Position numbers and translations under genes: made by a program. Source: Eimeria praecox (Eukaryota). From it: DNA of 64,000 nt. This document shows positions 1-15,150 of the stretch, piece by piece (the stretch's first letter is position 1; each line of letters opens with the position of its first letter). The DNA lies in contig OY986947.1 of the NCBI GenBank assembly GCA_963920595.1, positions 4,898,001 to 4,962,000 of the forward strand. Reading direction: 5' to 3'. The notes under the pieces were generated by a model, which saw only the letters and a list, made by a program, of their open reading frames with translations, was not told where the DNA came from and searched no databases.

Positions 1-2034
1 CCGGTAGGCCCAAATCCTAAGCGCTGAGCAAACACTTCGCTCGGCCGCTGCTGCTTGTGCTGGTGCTACCTTTACTGGTTTCTCTTCTGCTGTAATTGTA
101 TTGCCTGGGGTTGTTATGCTGTTGCTGCAGCTATTGCTGCGGCCTGACTGCCAGTGTGTAGGCTGCTGCTGCTGCAGCTGCAGCGGCAGCCCCAGCAGCA
201 TTAGCAGCCATATCGGTAGCCGTTGTTGGGGTTCCTCGCAGTTGCATTGGCTTGCCATTGCTGCTGCTCCTACCGCTGTTGCTGCTGTCTTTGCTGCTGC
301 AGGAGACTACGAGGGCCTGGGAGCCGAGCGTACAGCGGAGTTGTTTGCTGCAGCAGGGGCTTTCGGCATTCCTAAAGAGAATGTCTGCTGCTTAGATGAT
401 AAGAACATGAAGGATGGATGGACTACATGGAGCAGCAAGACAGTGTGCGAGGCTGTGAAGCGCTTCCTTAAAGATAGGCCGCAACGGATACACTGCGTGA
501 GCAGCTAGCTGCTGTATATTCTGTAGAATAACCTAACCTTCTTATTCGGGAGGAGGAGGCGTCTGTGTGTTTGTTGGCTGCTTAGCTCTGCATGCGCTGC
601 TCCTACAAGCAAACAAAGGAAATTAGATATGCTCGAAATATCTGCGTCATGTTTATTGCAGATCTTCACTTTCGATGGTCGTGGGGTGTCTAGCCACCCA
701 AACCACATCAGCGTCTATGAGGGACTCAGGTGAAAAACAGCAACAGCAGCAGGTGCTGCTGCAGCAGGTGGTACTGCAGCAGCAGGTGCTGCAGCAGCAG
801 CGGCAATGCCAGTTGCAGCTCCAGAAGGAGCACCTGAGACAGGCTTTCTGTGTGTGTTTTCCTTCTTCAGATTGTTGAACGAGGAAGTTATAGAGGAATG
901 CAAACGACAACATGAGCAGCAGATGGAGCAGCGTAAAGGGCAGGTTGAATTGCGCCGCCGTGATGATGGGCTTAAGGAGGAGCAGAAGAATGTGCAGCAG
1001 GAGAAGGAAGAAGAGCAGCAGCAAGAGCTGCACGCGCTGCCTTCTGTCTTCATCTTTTCCCTGCAAACACACGGCCTAATACGTAAATACTGTGGAGCTC
1101 TTAACCTTATACCGGCAACTGTCGAAGCCAACAACAAGGGCGTGTGCGCAGCTGCTGCTGCTGCTGTTGCTGCTACTGCTCCTACCGCTGTCGCTGCTGC
1201 TGCTGTTGCTGCTACTGCTCCTACCGCTGTCGCTGCTGCTGCTGTTGCTGCTACTGCTCCTACCACTGTCGCTGCTGCTGCTGTTGCTGTTGTTGCTTTG
1301 TCGTGCTGCCTGCCTATGTTGCTGCCGAAATGGCTGCTTCTGCTCGTTTCGCTGCCGCTGATTATGCTGCTGCCGCAGTTGTTGCTGACGGTCTTCCGCA
1401 GTTCTCCCGTTGCTTGCCGGTTTTGCTGTTTGCTGCTGCAGCAACAAATGCAGCAGCAAGCGTTTCAAACTTGTGGCTTTTTGTGCTCAGAGACGTTGCA
1501 GCCAGTCTTACGCCTTTCTCTGCGATTAGGTGTGTTGTTGGTGGTGCTGCTGCGCCTGCTGCTGTTGCTGCTGCTTTGTCGGTGGCTGCTGAGCATACTG
1601 CTGCCGAAGGGATTCATACTGCTTCTGCTTCTGTTATGAGCGGCCGCGTTTCGTGGGGCTTGCAGCTGCAGTTGTTTCTGCAGTAGCTGCTGCTGTTGCA
1701 GCCGCAGGAGCCGTTGCTGTTGCTGCCGCAGTAGCTACTGGTGCTGCAGCATTTGCTAGTGTATGGATTGCATGTGTTTTTGGCTCTAGGGGGCTGAGGT
1801 GTCATCGCTCGCAGCTCGTTTGGTTTCGCTGGCTTTTCGTCCTCTTCTCCAGGCAAGCCTTCACTATACACTTAGTATATATAGAAAACCCTGAAGCTGA
1901 GCAGGGCATGAGGCTTCTATAGTTCATTTCAAATTACGAGAGCTGCTTCGTAGCCATTGTTCGTGCTGCTGCTGTTGCTGCGTTGCTGCTGCCTCAGTTA
2001 TTCGTACACGAATGTATACAGCCCCATCAACTGA
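1..2034 (+). CDS. PIGL: N-acetylglucosaminyl-phosphatidylinositol de-N-acetylase (PIG-L/GPI12), 3' part of a multi-exon gene; 5' end lies upstream of the window
   Basis: Exons (..3), 303-496, 662-729, 871-~1143, 1491-1529, 1790-1852, 1998-2034 join in frame: GDYEGLGAERTAEL...DGWTTW...IFTFDGRGVSSHPNHISVY...LIRKY...HRSQLVWFRWLFVLFSSYSYTN. These match the PIG-L motifs GxGxxRxxEL, TFDxxGVSxHxNH and HxSQxxWFR. The last intron needs a GC donor. Confidence 0.88.
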
Positions 2035-2901
2035 GGCCACCTCCGTCGCCCACCGTTGAAATCGGTGCTGCTGCAGCAGATGCAGTGGCTGCAGCAGTGT
2101 GCTGCCGCTTTTTGTCTTGATGACCGTGCAGCAGCGCAACAACTGCAGCAGCAGCAAGAACAGCTGCAGCTGCTGAGGCAAGCTCCTGAAGCTCAGAAGG
2201 GCTATGGGCATTTGTTTTGTTTGATGCTTGGAACTAATGATATTTCGCACTGCTAAAATGCTGCAGTTGTGGTGCTGAATGCTGGCGTATGTTTCCGTCA
2301 CTGCTGCTGTTGCTGATGGTGCAGCAGCAGCAGCAGCAGCAGCAGCAAAGTGCTGCTGCAACTGCTACTACTGCTGCTGCTATTGTTGCTGCTGCTTCTG
2401 CTGTGGTAACACTGTGACAGACATCTGTTTTGTGGGCTCGAGCCTGTTAGAAGTGCGTGCAGCCACGCCTGCATCAGCAACAGCCGCAGCGAAGCATACG
2501 GCTTCTGATGCAGATGCACGCTGCCGCATGTAGCTGCAAGTCTGTGGAATAGTGAGTTACGAACAACCTAAATGCAGCCTGCTTCTTGCTGCTATCCTGC
2601 TGCTGCTGCTTCCTAGTTGTGGCTGCTGCTGCACTTCCTGCTACAGCTTATCTTCTTGTCAGCCCATAAAGAAACGGGAACCTCCCGCCTAAAACCTTCA
2701 AGTTATAACATGCAGCCCCCCAATGTAGTTGCTATGTAACAGCTGCCTCTGCTGCACGTGCTGCAGCAGCTGCTGCTCCGACAGGACCGATGCCGCCAGC
2801 AGCAAACTGCAGCAAACTGCTTCACAATGCAACTGGTGGGCTACTCAGCCCGTGCTACTGATACTGCTGCTGTTTCAGGGGAAGTGCCTTTGGGGATGCT
2901 A

Positions 2902-3332
2902 CTACTGCTTGGCGGTATCTTTACCTTCTGTCCCTGGCACCTTAGCAGCATCAGCAGCAGCAGCAGCATCAGCAGCAGCAGCATCAGCAGCAGCTGCATC
3001 AGCAACAGCAGCGGCAAGAGCTGCAGCAAACTTGCTTCTAGGTCGTTCCTTGATCTTTTCTTTAAATGCTGCATGCGCCGCATCCCACGCATCTTTGAAA
3101 TTTCGTGTTGCTTCCCTGTGCCGCCGGCCTTCGAGCTGCGCCACATTGATGCCGTCTTCTCCCTACGAAACAGCAGCAACAGCAACACCAATATCACCTA
3201 CTCTTCATATACAAGTAGCTACAGGTGCAGCAGCACTACAACCAGCACATCAGCAGCATAGCAACAGAAGCACTATTGCATTTCAAATGTAATAAGCTGT
3301 AGCAGATCCAGCAACTGCCGTTGCAGCAACAC

Positions 3333-3366
<34 letters not shown>

Positions 3367-3542
3367 CTATGCTACCTTCAGTATGCACGGCCACCAAACG
3401 TCAGCAGTAGGAAGAATCTTCTTCTTCCTAAGATGAAGATCCAAGAAAAACGAAGCGGCAGGCAGCACCTCTTGAGGCAGTTCTTGTGGGTTGTTGCCTT
3501 TGTTGCTGCTGCTACTGCCGCTTCCTGAGCTGCTGCTGCTGC

Positions 3543-3573
<31 letters not shown>

Positions 3574-4494
3574 AGCTGCTTCTTGTTCCTGCTTCTGCTC
3601 AGCAAGTTCCTTCAATTTCTGCCAGTTGATGCGTCGCTCTGTCACCTCCCAAATCCAGCTGTCATCATCGGGCTCTACGGGGTGGGGGAAGGTGCCTTCA
3701 AGCAGAACATGTTCCCCGCTGCTGCTGCTGCTGCTGCTGCTGCTGCCGCTGCTGGCCTGCAGCATAGCTTGCGAGGAGCAGAAGATGCGAAGGGTCTGCT
3801 CGGTGATTTGTACACGCAGGTCTCTGCCTCTGACGCCACTAGGCAGCAGCAAGGAGAGCGTCACTTCATTTGGTGTTTGGCGCCAGAAATAACGGCCTGG
3901 GCTGACGCCTCCATTAAGAATTTGCTTTTCCATTTCATACTTCCCCATGCCTGTCGACAGCACTGCAGGAAGCCCTGCTGCTGCTGCTGCTGCTCCTGCT
4001 GCTGCTGCATCTGTTGCTGCTGCTGCTTCTGGTGGCAACGCCGCTGGCTGCGCCGGTCCACACCGCGGCCACTCATAAGCATCCTCAAATGACATCCCTC
4101 TTTCTGCCAATGATTCTTGTTGCTGTTCCTCTACCCACTTATCTAGCAGCTCTTGCTGCTCCCGCTGTTGCTGCTGCTGCTTCCGCCGCTGCGCTCCCTC
4201 AGCCTTTGGGTGTATTTCGTACCCTGAAGGACCAATTGTAACGGACTCATCTTTCTTTAAACGACTAACCCGAGGTACACGCGCCTTTTCGTCTTCCTCT
4301 TCATCGTCCCCTATGTGGTCCCACTTGCTGTAATCAATCCCTCTGCGGCTGCTGCTGCTGCGGCTGCTGCTGCTGCTATTGCTGTTGCTGTTGCTGCTGG
4401 GCAGCATGCTCCCTTCGGGAGCTGATACCTCCTCATCGGGCTCCTCCTCGCTCTCGCTTACCTCAATTTTATCCCACTTGCTGTAGTCTACCAT
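2902..4494 (-). CDS. CS (p23/NudC-like) domain co-chaperone with duplicated Cdc37-like N-terminal motif
   Basis: Exon 4494-3376 (373 codons) spliced in phase 0 to an exon starting at 3162. YFWRQTPNEV...P.GV..RDLRVQI...LEGTFPHPVEPDDDSWIWE...LHLRKK...WWPCILK|GEDGIN matches the NudC-type CS domain. The 3' end (stop at 2902) is uncertain because further splicing is possible. Confidence 0.75.
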
Positions 4495-5178
4495 CTTCTG
4501 TCTGCAGCTGCAGCAGCTGCTGCTCGTGCCGCCGCCACTGGTGCCACGGGGGCAGTTGCTGGCTTGCTGCTTCCCGTCAAACAGCTGGTATTTACACTGA
4601 AGTACAACGAAGTTTCCAACAATAGGAGAGAGGATAGATGACGGGGCTTCTGATGTAGCAAGGACTGTGCTTGTGCGGCTACTGGCGTTGCAGTGGTTGG
4701 GTTGTTGCCTATGCTGTGTTGTTGTTGCTACTGCTAATGAGTTTCTTCTTTATATTAACACACAGATTCCTTCCCCAACGTTTACTAGTGGTTGCATGCA
4801 AGCGCAATTGATGCCTGTCAGCAGCAGCCGCTCATGTGGGCCCCAATCTGCTGCAGCAGACTGATGCAGCAGCAGCCGCAGCAGCAGCAGCAGCCAGCAG
4901 AGAGGCTGACTGAAAAGAACAAACTTCCAAACAAGGCTGATCAATTTATCTCGTCATTCGCTGCGAAAATTATGCAGAAGCTGTTTATTTGCTGGCCGTT
5001 TCGTCCGGCGTAGATAGCAGCAGTAGCAGCAGCAGCAGCAACAGGCAGCAGCACTAGCTTGTGTGCGAGCGACTCCTTGTGCTTGGGCCGCCTCTCTTCG
5101 TTAACACCGAAAGATTCAACTGAGCAGCAGCAGAAGCAGGAGCAGTAGCAGCCGCAGGTTCCTCAGGAGCAGCTGAAG
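4495..5178. promoter_or_regulatory. Probable bidirectional promoter/5' UTR region between the divergent CS-domain gene and COX2b
   Basis: Head-to-head start codons at 4494 (-) and 5179 (+) are only 684 bp apart; a TGCATGCA motif lies near 4793. Inferred from geometry only. Confidence 0.45.
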
Positions 5179-5811
5179 ATGTTTGAGCGCATGCGGTCGT
5201 GGTTTAGTTCGTCCAAGGAGGCGGCGGGTATGGGGTTGCTATTTTCCTCAGTGTCTGCTGGGGCGCCTGCCCACTGCCGGAGCTCCCCTACCTCTTCTGC
5301 TGCAGCAGAAGCAGCAGGAGGGGTGCCGCTTGCCGCAGGAGGGGAAGCGGGAACTGCTGAGGTGTTGCCGATGTCTGCGGGGAATCCGTCGATGTCTTTG
5401 GTGTCTGCTTCGGACTATCCGACACCAACTAAATATCTGGAAAACCCCGATTCAATCCCGACGTACTATACCTTTCAGAGCAACATGGTATCAGACGAAG
5501 ATTTGCTGCCGGGGATGCTGCGCAACTTAGAGGTGGATAGACGCCTAACTCTGCCTACGCGTACTCACATACGTTTCCTTGTGACAGCTACCGATGTAAT
5601 TCATTCTTGGGCGGTGCCTGCATTGGGGATCAAGGCCGATGCGATCCCTGGGAGGCTGCAGAAGGTCAGCACATTCATCCAAAGAGAAGGCGTCTTCTAT
5701 GGACAATGCAGCGAACTATGCGGAGCTCTTCATGGCTTTATGCCCATTGTTGTGGAGGCTGTCAGCCCCGAAACATACGCAGCGCATGCGAAAAAGTGGT
5801 ATAGGGAGTAA
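5179..5811 (+). CDS. cox2b: Nucleus-encoded cytochrome c oxidase subunit 2b (C-terminal CuA half of split COX2), intronless
   Basis: 210 aa ORF with [35 protein letters not shown] and [19 protein letters not shown] (CuA ligands H, C, E, C, H, M). It has no COX2 transmembrane helices and carries an N-terminal extension. Confidence 0.96.
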   Translation: MFERMRSWFSSSKEAAGMGLLFSSVSAGAPAHCRSSPTSSAAAEAAGGVPLAAGGEAGTAEVLPMSAGNPSMSLVSASDYPTPTKYLENPDSIPTYYTFQSNMVSDEDLLPGMLRNLEVDRRLTLPTRTHIRFLVTATDVIHSWAVPALGIKADAIPGRLQKVSTFIQREGVFYGQCSELCGALHGFMPIVVEAVSPETYAAHAKKWYRE

Positions 5812-7099
5812 ACTGGCTTGCAAGCGATGTGACGGCAGGGAAGTGGGAGACCAAGCCTGGGTACTGGGAGCATCGTTATGTTCCAGAGGAAGACGTTCAG
5901 CAGCAAATAAATGACAGGGATTATACGAAATTTCGCGAATTTCCCAAGCTCTTAAAATACAGCTGTTGCTGCTGCTGTGGCGCGCGGCAGTTACTAATAA
6001 TCTGATGTTTATTGCACATAACGTACAGTATAAAGTGCACACTCAATTATATGGAGAATTGTTCGAAGGGCGTGAAGAAGAAAGCGAATTGAATTGAATC
6101 TTCTTGCGCCGAACAACAGTCGTGGCAGCGGGTTTGTGAGGCGGTGGATGTTTGAGCAACTTTTTGCAGTTACAGTGCAAGCAGGATGAGACGGAAGCCG
6201 TTGCCTAAGCAGTAAACTTGAAGTGTTGAGGTGTCTATACCGTGAAGGTGTCGTTGATTGGGGCTGTTGCGCTCTCGAGGCGTTCACAGACCTCCTTTAC
6301 GAATCACAAAGCCTAAGACGGCTTTGGCTTGCTGTGTGCTTTGTCGGTCACCCACACAGTGAAGTGGCGCCCCTGTGCTAAAGGGTTGAAATGGAAGTGC
6401 ATGCATGCACTTGTCGCTGTTCTCAAGAGGAAGCTTGGGCTTTTGCTGACAGCAGAGAGCAGAAAAGGCGGCAGCTCCAGAAGGAGCTGCTACAGCGGCA
6501 GCAGCTCCAGCAGGAGCTGCAACAGCGGCAGCAGCTGCGGTGTAGGCCATTTGTTTCGGCCTCAACTGGGGTTTACTGGGACCTGCTATGGGCTAGAGGC
6601 ATTTCTGCCCGTTTTCCCCATGGTTGTTGAAGTATATTTAGGTGTGTTTGCGTATTTTTACACCAACAGATAGCGACAAACAGCTAATGAGTTTTTTTAA
6701 CGAAGGGTGCATGCTCACGCTCGCTGAAGGGCATTCGGCGCAGACAGCTCAACCCGGTGTATGCATACTTAACGTATTGCTAAGTAATTAGTGCAGCCAT
6801 TCCACTAGTGAAGAAAGCGTGCGCACACATAGAGAGCAAGCACGCGCATCCTACCTTGAGTGGTGTGTGTGCGGTTTACCTAAGTTCGGCGAGGCGAGTG
6901 TCGACATGAGCATTCCTAGTAAATTGCTTGTAAATGGAATAGTTAACTGCGCAGTGGTCTCCTCTGGTAGGCAGAGAGGCTCCCTCTAGGTGGTTGCACC
7001 ACAGTTTTCGGAATCCGGGATAAGCACGTTGGTAGCTAGTTTGTGCATGGAGGACAACTGTATTGATGACAAACGAGCTTTTGAAAATGTACTCCTCCT

Positions 7100-10000
7100 A
7101 ACGGCCACTTTGGAACAAACACACTGGTGCACGCTACTGACAGACTTATTTATGCTGATAGTTGCAATTCTCGTGGATCGTGCATCTCTCTAGGCGCCTA
7201 AAGCAGTTCGGAGGAAGCCGTTTACCCAGCATGATTCTAGACAAGCCCCGGGTTAATCAGTGGGGGGCGCATGCGCGGCCTCCAGGACACATTATTGAGG
7301 CGAATTTGCCACGAAGCACCGAGAAAGTGCTCCTCAAGCGTCTCCCAACACCCATTGCCCCCTCTTCTATATAAGGGTAATGGGGCGACGGTCTCAACTC
7401 CAGAAGATGGAGCAGTTTAGGAAGGAGCCGTCCGATGGGTTCGAAAAAAGCCAGCTTCCAGCGTGCCGACCGGCCACTACGCTCACTACACAGTATGGAG
7501 CTTATCCAGTTTGTTTCCGTAGTACAGACATCCCCGATAGCATGAAGAGGAGACAGACCAGCATAAGAGCACTTCTAAGAACGGCCAATGGTTAACCGTC
7601 AAATAGTGCTGTCAAGCACAACTCGGTGCTGAAGAGGGAAGAGGGCGGAGAGTGACGAATGAGCCTCTGCCGCCCCTCAACAAACTCAGTGAAGCAGGAG
7701 CATTCGTTGTCTCGGATGAACAAAATATTCGATAGACTGCAGCGGTAGGAGTCTCGGCTCTATTTGACTGCTCTGGTGCTTTGTCGCAAGTTCCAGTACA
7801 TCCCGAAGACAGCAACAAGACTTAATATCAGGCCGGCGCTTCGCGTACCAGAGTTTTTGCTACTTGGGCTCGTTAATGGGCCATCCTATCTAGGACGGCA
7901 ATAGAAGCACACTTTATTGGCACACTAAATGTGTTGGTACCTTGCTATATACATGGGTAGCGTTTAAAAATATAGGTAAGAGCGCTGAAGCAAATCAAGA
8001 AAGCAATGCCACCCAAAGCACCGACTTATCCATTGCCAAACGCTCTGACCTGCTTTGTGTTACCCTAATTGCAAACAAGTGCTGGGCTATATCAATACGA
8101 TTAAACGAGGCCATGCTCTCTCTCTGGTGGTTTCATAGAGATTCCCGCTGCCCTGTTGAATTCCTCTTCGTCCCTTGTCGGCCTTGTGGAAACCCCACAG
8201 CAGGAGGCCATACCTGACGAAGGGTTTTGCATCTCTCTAGCCGGAGCTTAACCAGACTCAGCTAAGATAGCAACCGTTTGAGCTTGACCAGTGCCAGTGC
8301 CGACTCTCACGGCAGTTCAGAAGTTCCTACGTTTTGGCAACACGGCACCACAACTTTAATCCGGAAGCCTGCCGCACCCTCGCTTGCCTGAAGCGCTTAC
8401 TCAAGAAGGAAGAATAGGCTATTTGAAGGGAGACCGACACAGAAGCCGCCAAGATATTTGTCGACCGGTGGACCAACAGGCGCACACCTTGATTTTACCA
8501 AGTATTTAATCCCTGTGGCGGCCAACAGTAGCGCCGGAACTCTTCTGATGCTTACTCAACACCCCGAATATGTCAGTAAATGCACCGTATAATTTGCAAT
8601 GCGCGTAGTGCCGAATTCCACGAAATTCGCTGAGCTGTAAAGGGCTGCGCATATTACCTGTCCTTAAACCCTTTTTACAGTATAAGCAAATGCTTAATGC
8701 GCTTGGCGAAGAATTTACAAGATTTTGACGACGATGAAGTAGTAGATTTGGTTGTCCATGCATTATCATGGCGCACTCGACTGCATCAAAAATCCCGCGG
8801 TCTGCTTAAGTACCCCAGTGCGACCCTACCGGTCAGCCACTTTGCTCAACGCCTGTGTTTGTTCGCTGCGGTTCCCCTTGTGCTTTGTACGATGGAAGGA
8901 TGTTCCATTAAGCACACGAGAAACTTGTGCGGCGACGATTGCTGGCAAGCGCAACACGATTGTGACGTAGGGGAGCACAGAATGGGATTTCTTGGGATAT
9001 TGGCTAACGCATCACACTAAACCGTGTGAAGTATAAGCAATCTGGCAAAAGCGAGATGATTGTTCTTCAGCTGGGCGTGGCTGTTTCGACTAAATTCCGC
9101 TGCAAAGTGTGTTGCGGAACCATTTTTCGTCTTGTCCCAGCAATCCCGGTATAGCAAAGGTCAACTACCTCTTTCCCACTCGACGCCGGCATCACATAGT
9201 GTACTCAGCAAGCATATGCAGCCCAAATTATGGTCTTAAAGCAGCATAATACGTTGTTTTCTTTCTATTCTGCTTTTTCTTGACCCCTCCCTGCCCATAC
9301 TTTTCGACGGTTGCCTTAAGGAGGTCACTGCTTGCATGCCGAAGAAATGAACCACTGCGTCTCATGCAGCCGTTGCAAGGCATTTCGCATTCGCGGAGTG
9401 TGCCCCTATACATTTCCGTTGAACCAAATCATGCCTCTTATATACTGAACCATTTGTAATTCGTTTGATGGGCCAAACAAGTCGTGATTAAACTGTCGCT
9501 ACAGTAAGGCAGGTGCTTTCAGGAGCCCAAGTGGCGTACAGGTGTAGTATAGCGTGCGCCGACGTGGGTGTAGAAAAAAGCCTTGAGCTCGCCGTCACGT
9601 TGTACTGGAACCTAAACAGACACGCCGTGCGAACCAACTGATGAATTAACAGCTGAAACCTGCGACCGGTTAATTAGTTCGTCGATACGGGGCAGCAACA
9701 ACTTCTGCTTCGCAGCAATTTTGTTAAAGGGCTTAAATTGAGCACACATTCTCCGTCTGTTCTCTTTCTTCGCCAGCGCCGGAATGTATCCAAATGCGTT
9801 ACTTAACGGCTAAACTTTGTTTATTTTTAGGAATTCGTATGGTTGCCGCTCGATTTCCTCTTCATGCTCCAAATGCAGCCTTGGAAACAAAGCCTAGAGC
9901 TGCCGCAGGAGTGAGTTCATTGCGGTGGTGGTCTTATTGGTGGTAGCCCATCCTCTGGCACCTTGTTCTTTAATACATCTGAAGGCACTTCCTTCAACTG

Positions 10001-11400
10001 CCCTCAGTTTTGCTCTCCGTCAAGCTTTAAATGGGCAGCCTACCATCTCACCCCCCACCCCCTCCGATTCAAGAAAAAGATCTCTTCGTTAAACCACAAC
10101 AAAGGAGTGCATGCATTTTTCCTTTATCTCCCGTAGCACCTCTGCGTTTCGCTGAAGCCTCGTGTATTCTATTTTCTTCTGACTATGCCTCTGTTCCCCT
10201 CACTGCAGGGGAGGAAGATGCTGCTGGGGGCGCTGAGAGGTGGATGCTCCTTGCTTACATGCGCATATACCTTAACAGTATCATCTGGAGGTCCCATGTG
10301 CGCCCCCCACTGAGTCACCCACTGGGTGCCAAGGATTATACGTGGCGAAGAGATTCAACCTAAAAGTCTCACATCATGGAACCATGCCCCACTTCTGAAC
10401 TAAGTTCTACTAAAACCCATATTTTTACCGACCATGGATTTCTCTGTGTCCTATATGAGGCGTAAACGCAGAGACTGCGTAGATGAGTACACAGTCACTG
10501 CTCATCCTGCCGCTGTAGCCTCAGATAGCAGCGCCACCTGTATCAAGTAAGGCCAGCAGCTACAGCCTTTAATATGAATTTCGTCAAGCTCAGAGCTGGC
10601 TCGAGGAGGACACACAATATCGTTGGGGAAGCCAGCACTTGTAGGTGCGTCATTGCTCCGTTATTGCGTGGGGGCGAGGGCCCTTCTCTGGTCACATTTT
10701 TGTCCCCCTGGCGGCGTTATTCAGGTTGTCGCTCCCCCAGCTTCCTATCTCTTTTCGTAAGCCTGCGATAGCAAAGGATGTGACCTTTCTTGCTGCAGAA
10801 AAAGCAGAAACGCGGCTAGTTGGGCCCCTACGGCTTCCCGAGTGCCGGATCCACCTGGTGCCTCCTGCTGTCACAGGAATAGTACTCCTCAAAGTAGTGC
10901 TTAATCAATAACTCCCCCTGTTTAACTCTCCTCAGTCCTGACATAGCCTGTTCCCTTGTGGACCGTAAAACTGACACCATTGCTTAGATATAGCCATCAT
11001 TGTCGTGTCTTCCTTTCTAACAAACAGAATGCCAATAGTAACTATGGTTTTTCAGGTGCATGGTATAGGCGGAAGTGCGCCTACAGGGGCTAAGGGATCC
11101 CGTAACCTCTGTATCATCGCTTCCCCAGTCGTTTTTGGAATGCTAGGTGGGAAGGAGGCATTTTACATTAATTATTTTCGCGGTAAGACCCCTACCCAGC
11201 GCATGCGCTGGGAATACGCCGCTCGCTCCGGTGCAATGAGGCGTCCAGACGTTAGCTACCTCCTATCCAGCGAGCAAATTCTGATTAATATCTATTATTG
11301 TACACAAGAAAGGCCTAATTTTGGGCAACGATTTGAGGGAGAATACGTAAAGGTTCCACCCTGCTTCCTCTGCGCCTAGTTTGTGCTGAACAACAAGCCG
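7100..11400 (-). mobile_element. Degenerate Ty3/Gypsy (chromovirus-like) LTR retrotransposon relic
   Basis: Minus-strand translation with stops and frameshifts gives: protease LLALLDTGG (~10559-10533); GLPPIR (~9950); RT-like EEEIERQ..KKENRRRMC...LLPRIDELINR (9870-9665), DGELKAFFYTHVG and PLGLLKAPA (9534-9507); then weaker RNase H-, integrase- and GPY/F-like pieces toward 7400. The PR-RT-RH-IN order is Gypsy. The block has no CAG repeats. Boundaries are approximate and no LTR pair was found. Confidence 0.82.
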
Positions 11401-12509
11401 TGTAACTGCGAGATTGGCGTCCGCAACTCGCATTGACTTTTCTGCTCCATACGGTGTAATGAGAGGCCCCGCCCTTAGCCTAGTAGCGCCGTGAGATGCA
11501 CTGAAGCCAAAAGCCGTTGTTAGGGGTTCCTAAATGCCAGCTGACCTCCCCCCCAGCCTTCACGTGTCCTGTGCACAGCGGCAGAGAAGCCAGGAACTGA
11601 TGCGGAGAAGATGTGGTATTTGACTAGTTGCAGTGCCCCTTGCTAGAACCTCTGCTGCACGACAACCCCACATGTGAGTACACTCAAGCGCGCTGTCGAT
11701 GCATGCACTAACATCGTTGACAACTGTACAACAGTCGGTTCGCCCACAGAATGCCGTCTGCATGCAAGTAGCAATACATTCACCAACTCTAGGCAGATTA
11801 ACCTACGAACTTTCGGCACGCCACTATACCACGCTGCACCGCATGTACTCCTAACAGGGTTCAATACGAGCTCCTCGGCGGGAGCCGAAATCGAAACGAG
11901 TGCCTAATTACTTGGGTTGTAGAGAATGCTTAAAATACGTAGCCCCCTCGAAACTTAGTTTTGTATCCGTACTACTGTATTCCTGTATTGCTTGCCTTCG
12001 CCGCACTGGAGCAGCTGCGGAGTTGCAGCAGCGGCACCACTCCTGTGCTGCTCACATCCAATACCCTGTTTAAAGATAGGTGTTGCTTTAAATAGAAGTG
12101 TAGTAATGTGAAAGACGTGAAGAGCAACGCAGAAAACGTTGGCGAACATAATAGGTAAGGCTCTGCAACGCACAACGGAGTGCCGGAGCCGCTTCAAGGC
12201 AGGCTCCCCCAGACAGGGGCCAACAGCGGGGAATGAGGGGTCGGTGGAATGTCTGTTGTTGAATAAACACTGTAGTTAAAGAATTACAAACGAAGACATT
12301 CATTTTAAACTGGTGTTCTACTGCGGTGCTCGTCCTGGCGCACGGCGGCTCCGGCGACGTGTGTGGTGGCCTGATCATACATCATAGATGTAAAGCCTGC
12401 AGCACCGCAGCAGGCAGAGTTGTGTAGGGTAATCTGTTATGTTGAAGAGGCCTCAATTTGGTTGTTTTATGCCATTGAATTGCAACAGATAGAACTAGAA
12501 AACCAGTAA

Positions 12510-15150
<2,641 letters not shown>

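Noticed and set aside
5179..5811. Mitochondrial insertion (NUMT) of cox2
   Set aside because: Intact GC-rich ORF in the standard code with an N-terminal extension; fits the functional nuclear cox2b.
8480..8512. IKYLVK on the minus strand as a chromodomain
   Set aside because: It lies upstream of the integrase-like region, in the wrong position, and lacks the following W; probably chance.
6700..12400. LTR pair, PBS or target-site duplication for the retrotransposon
   Set aside because: No convincing direct repeat was visible at the two flanks by eye.
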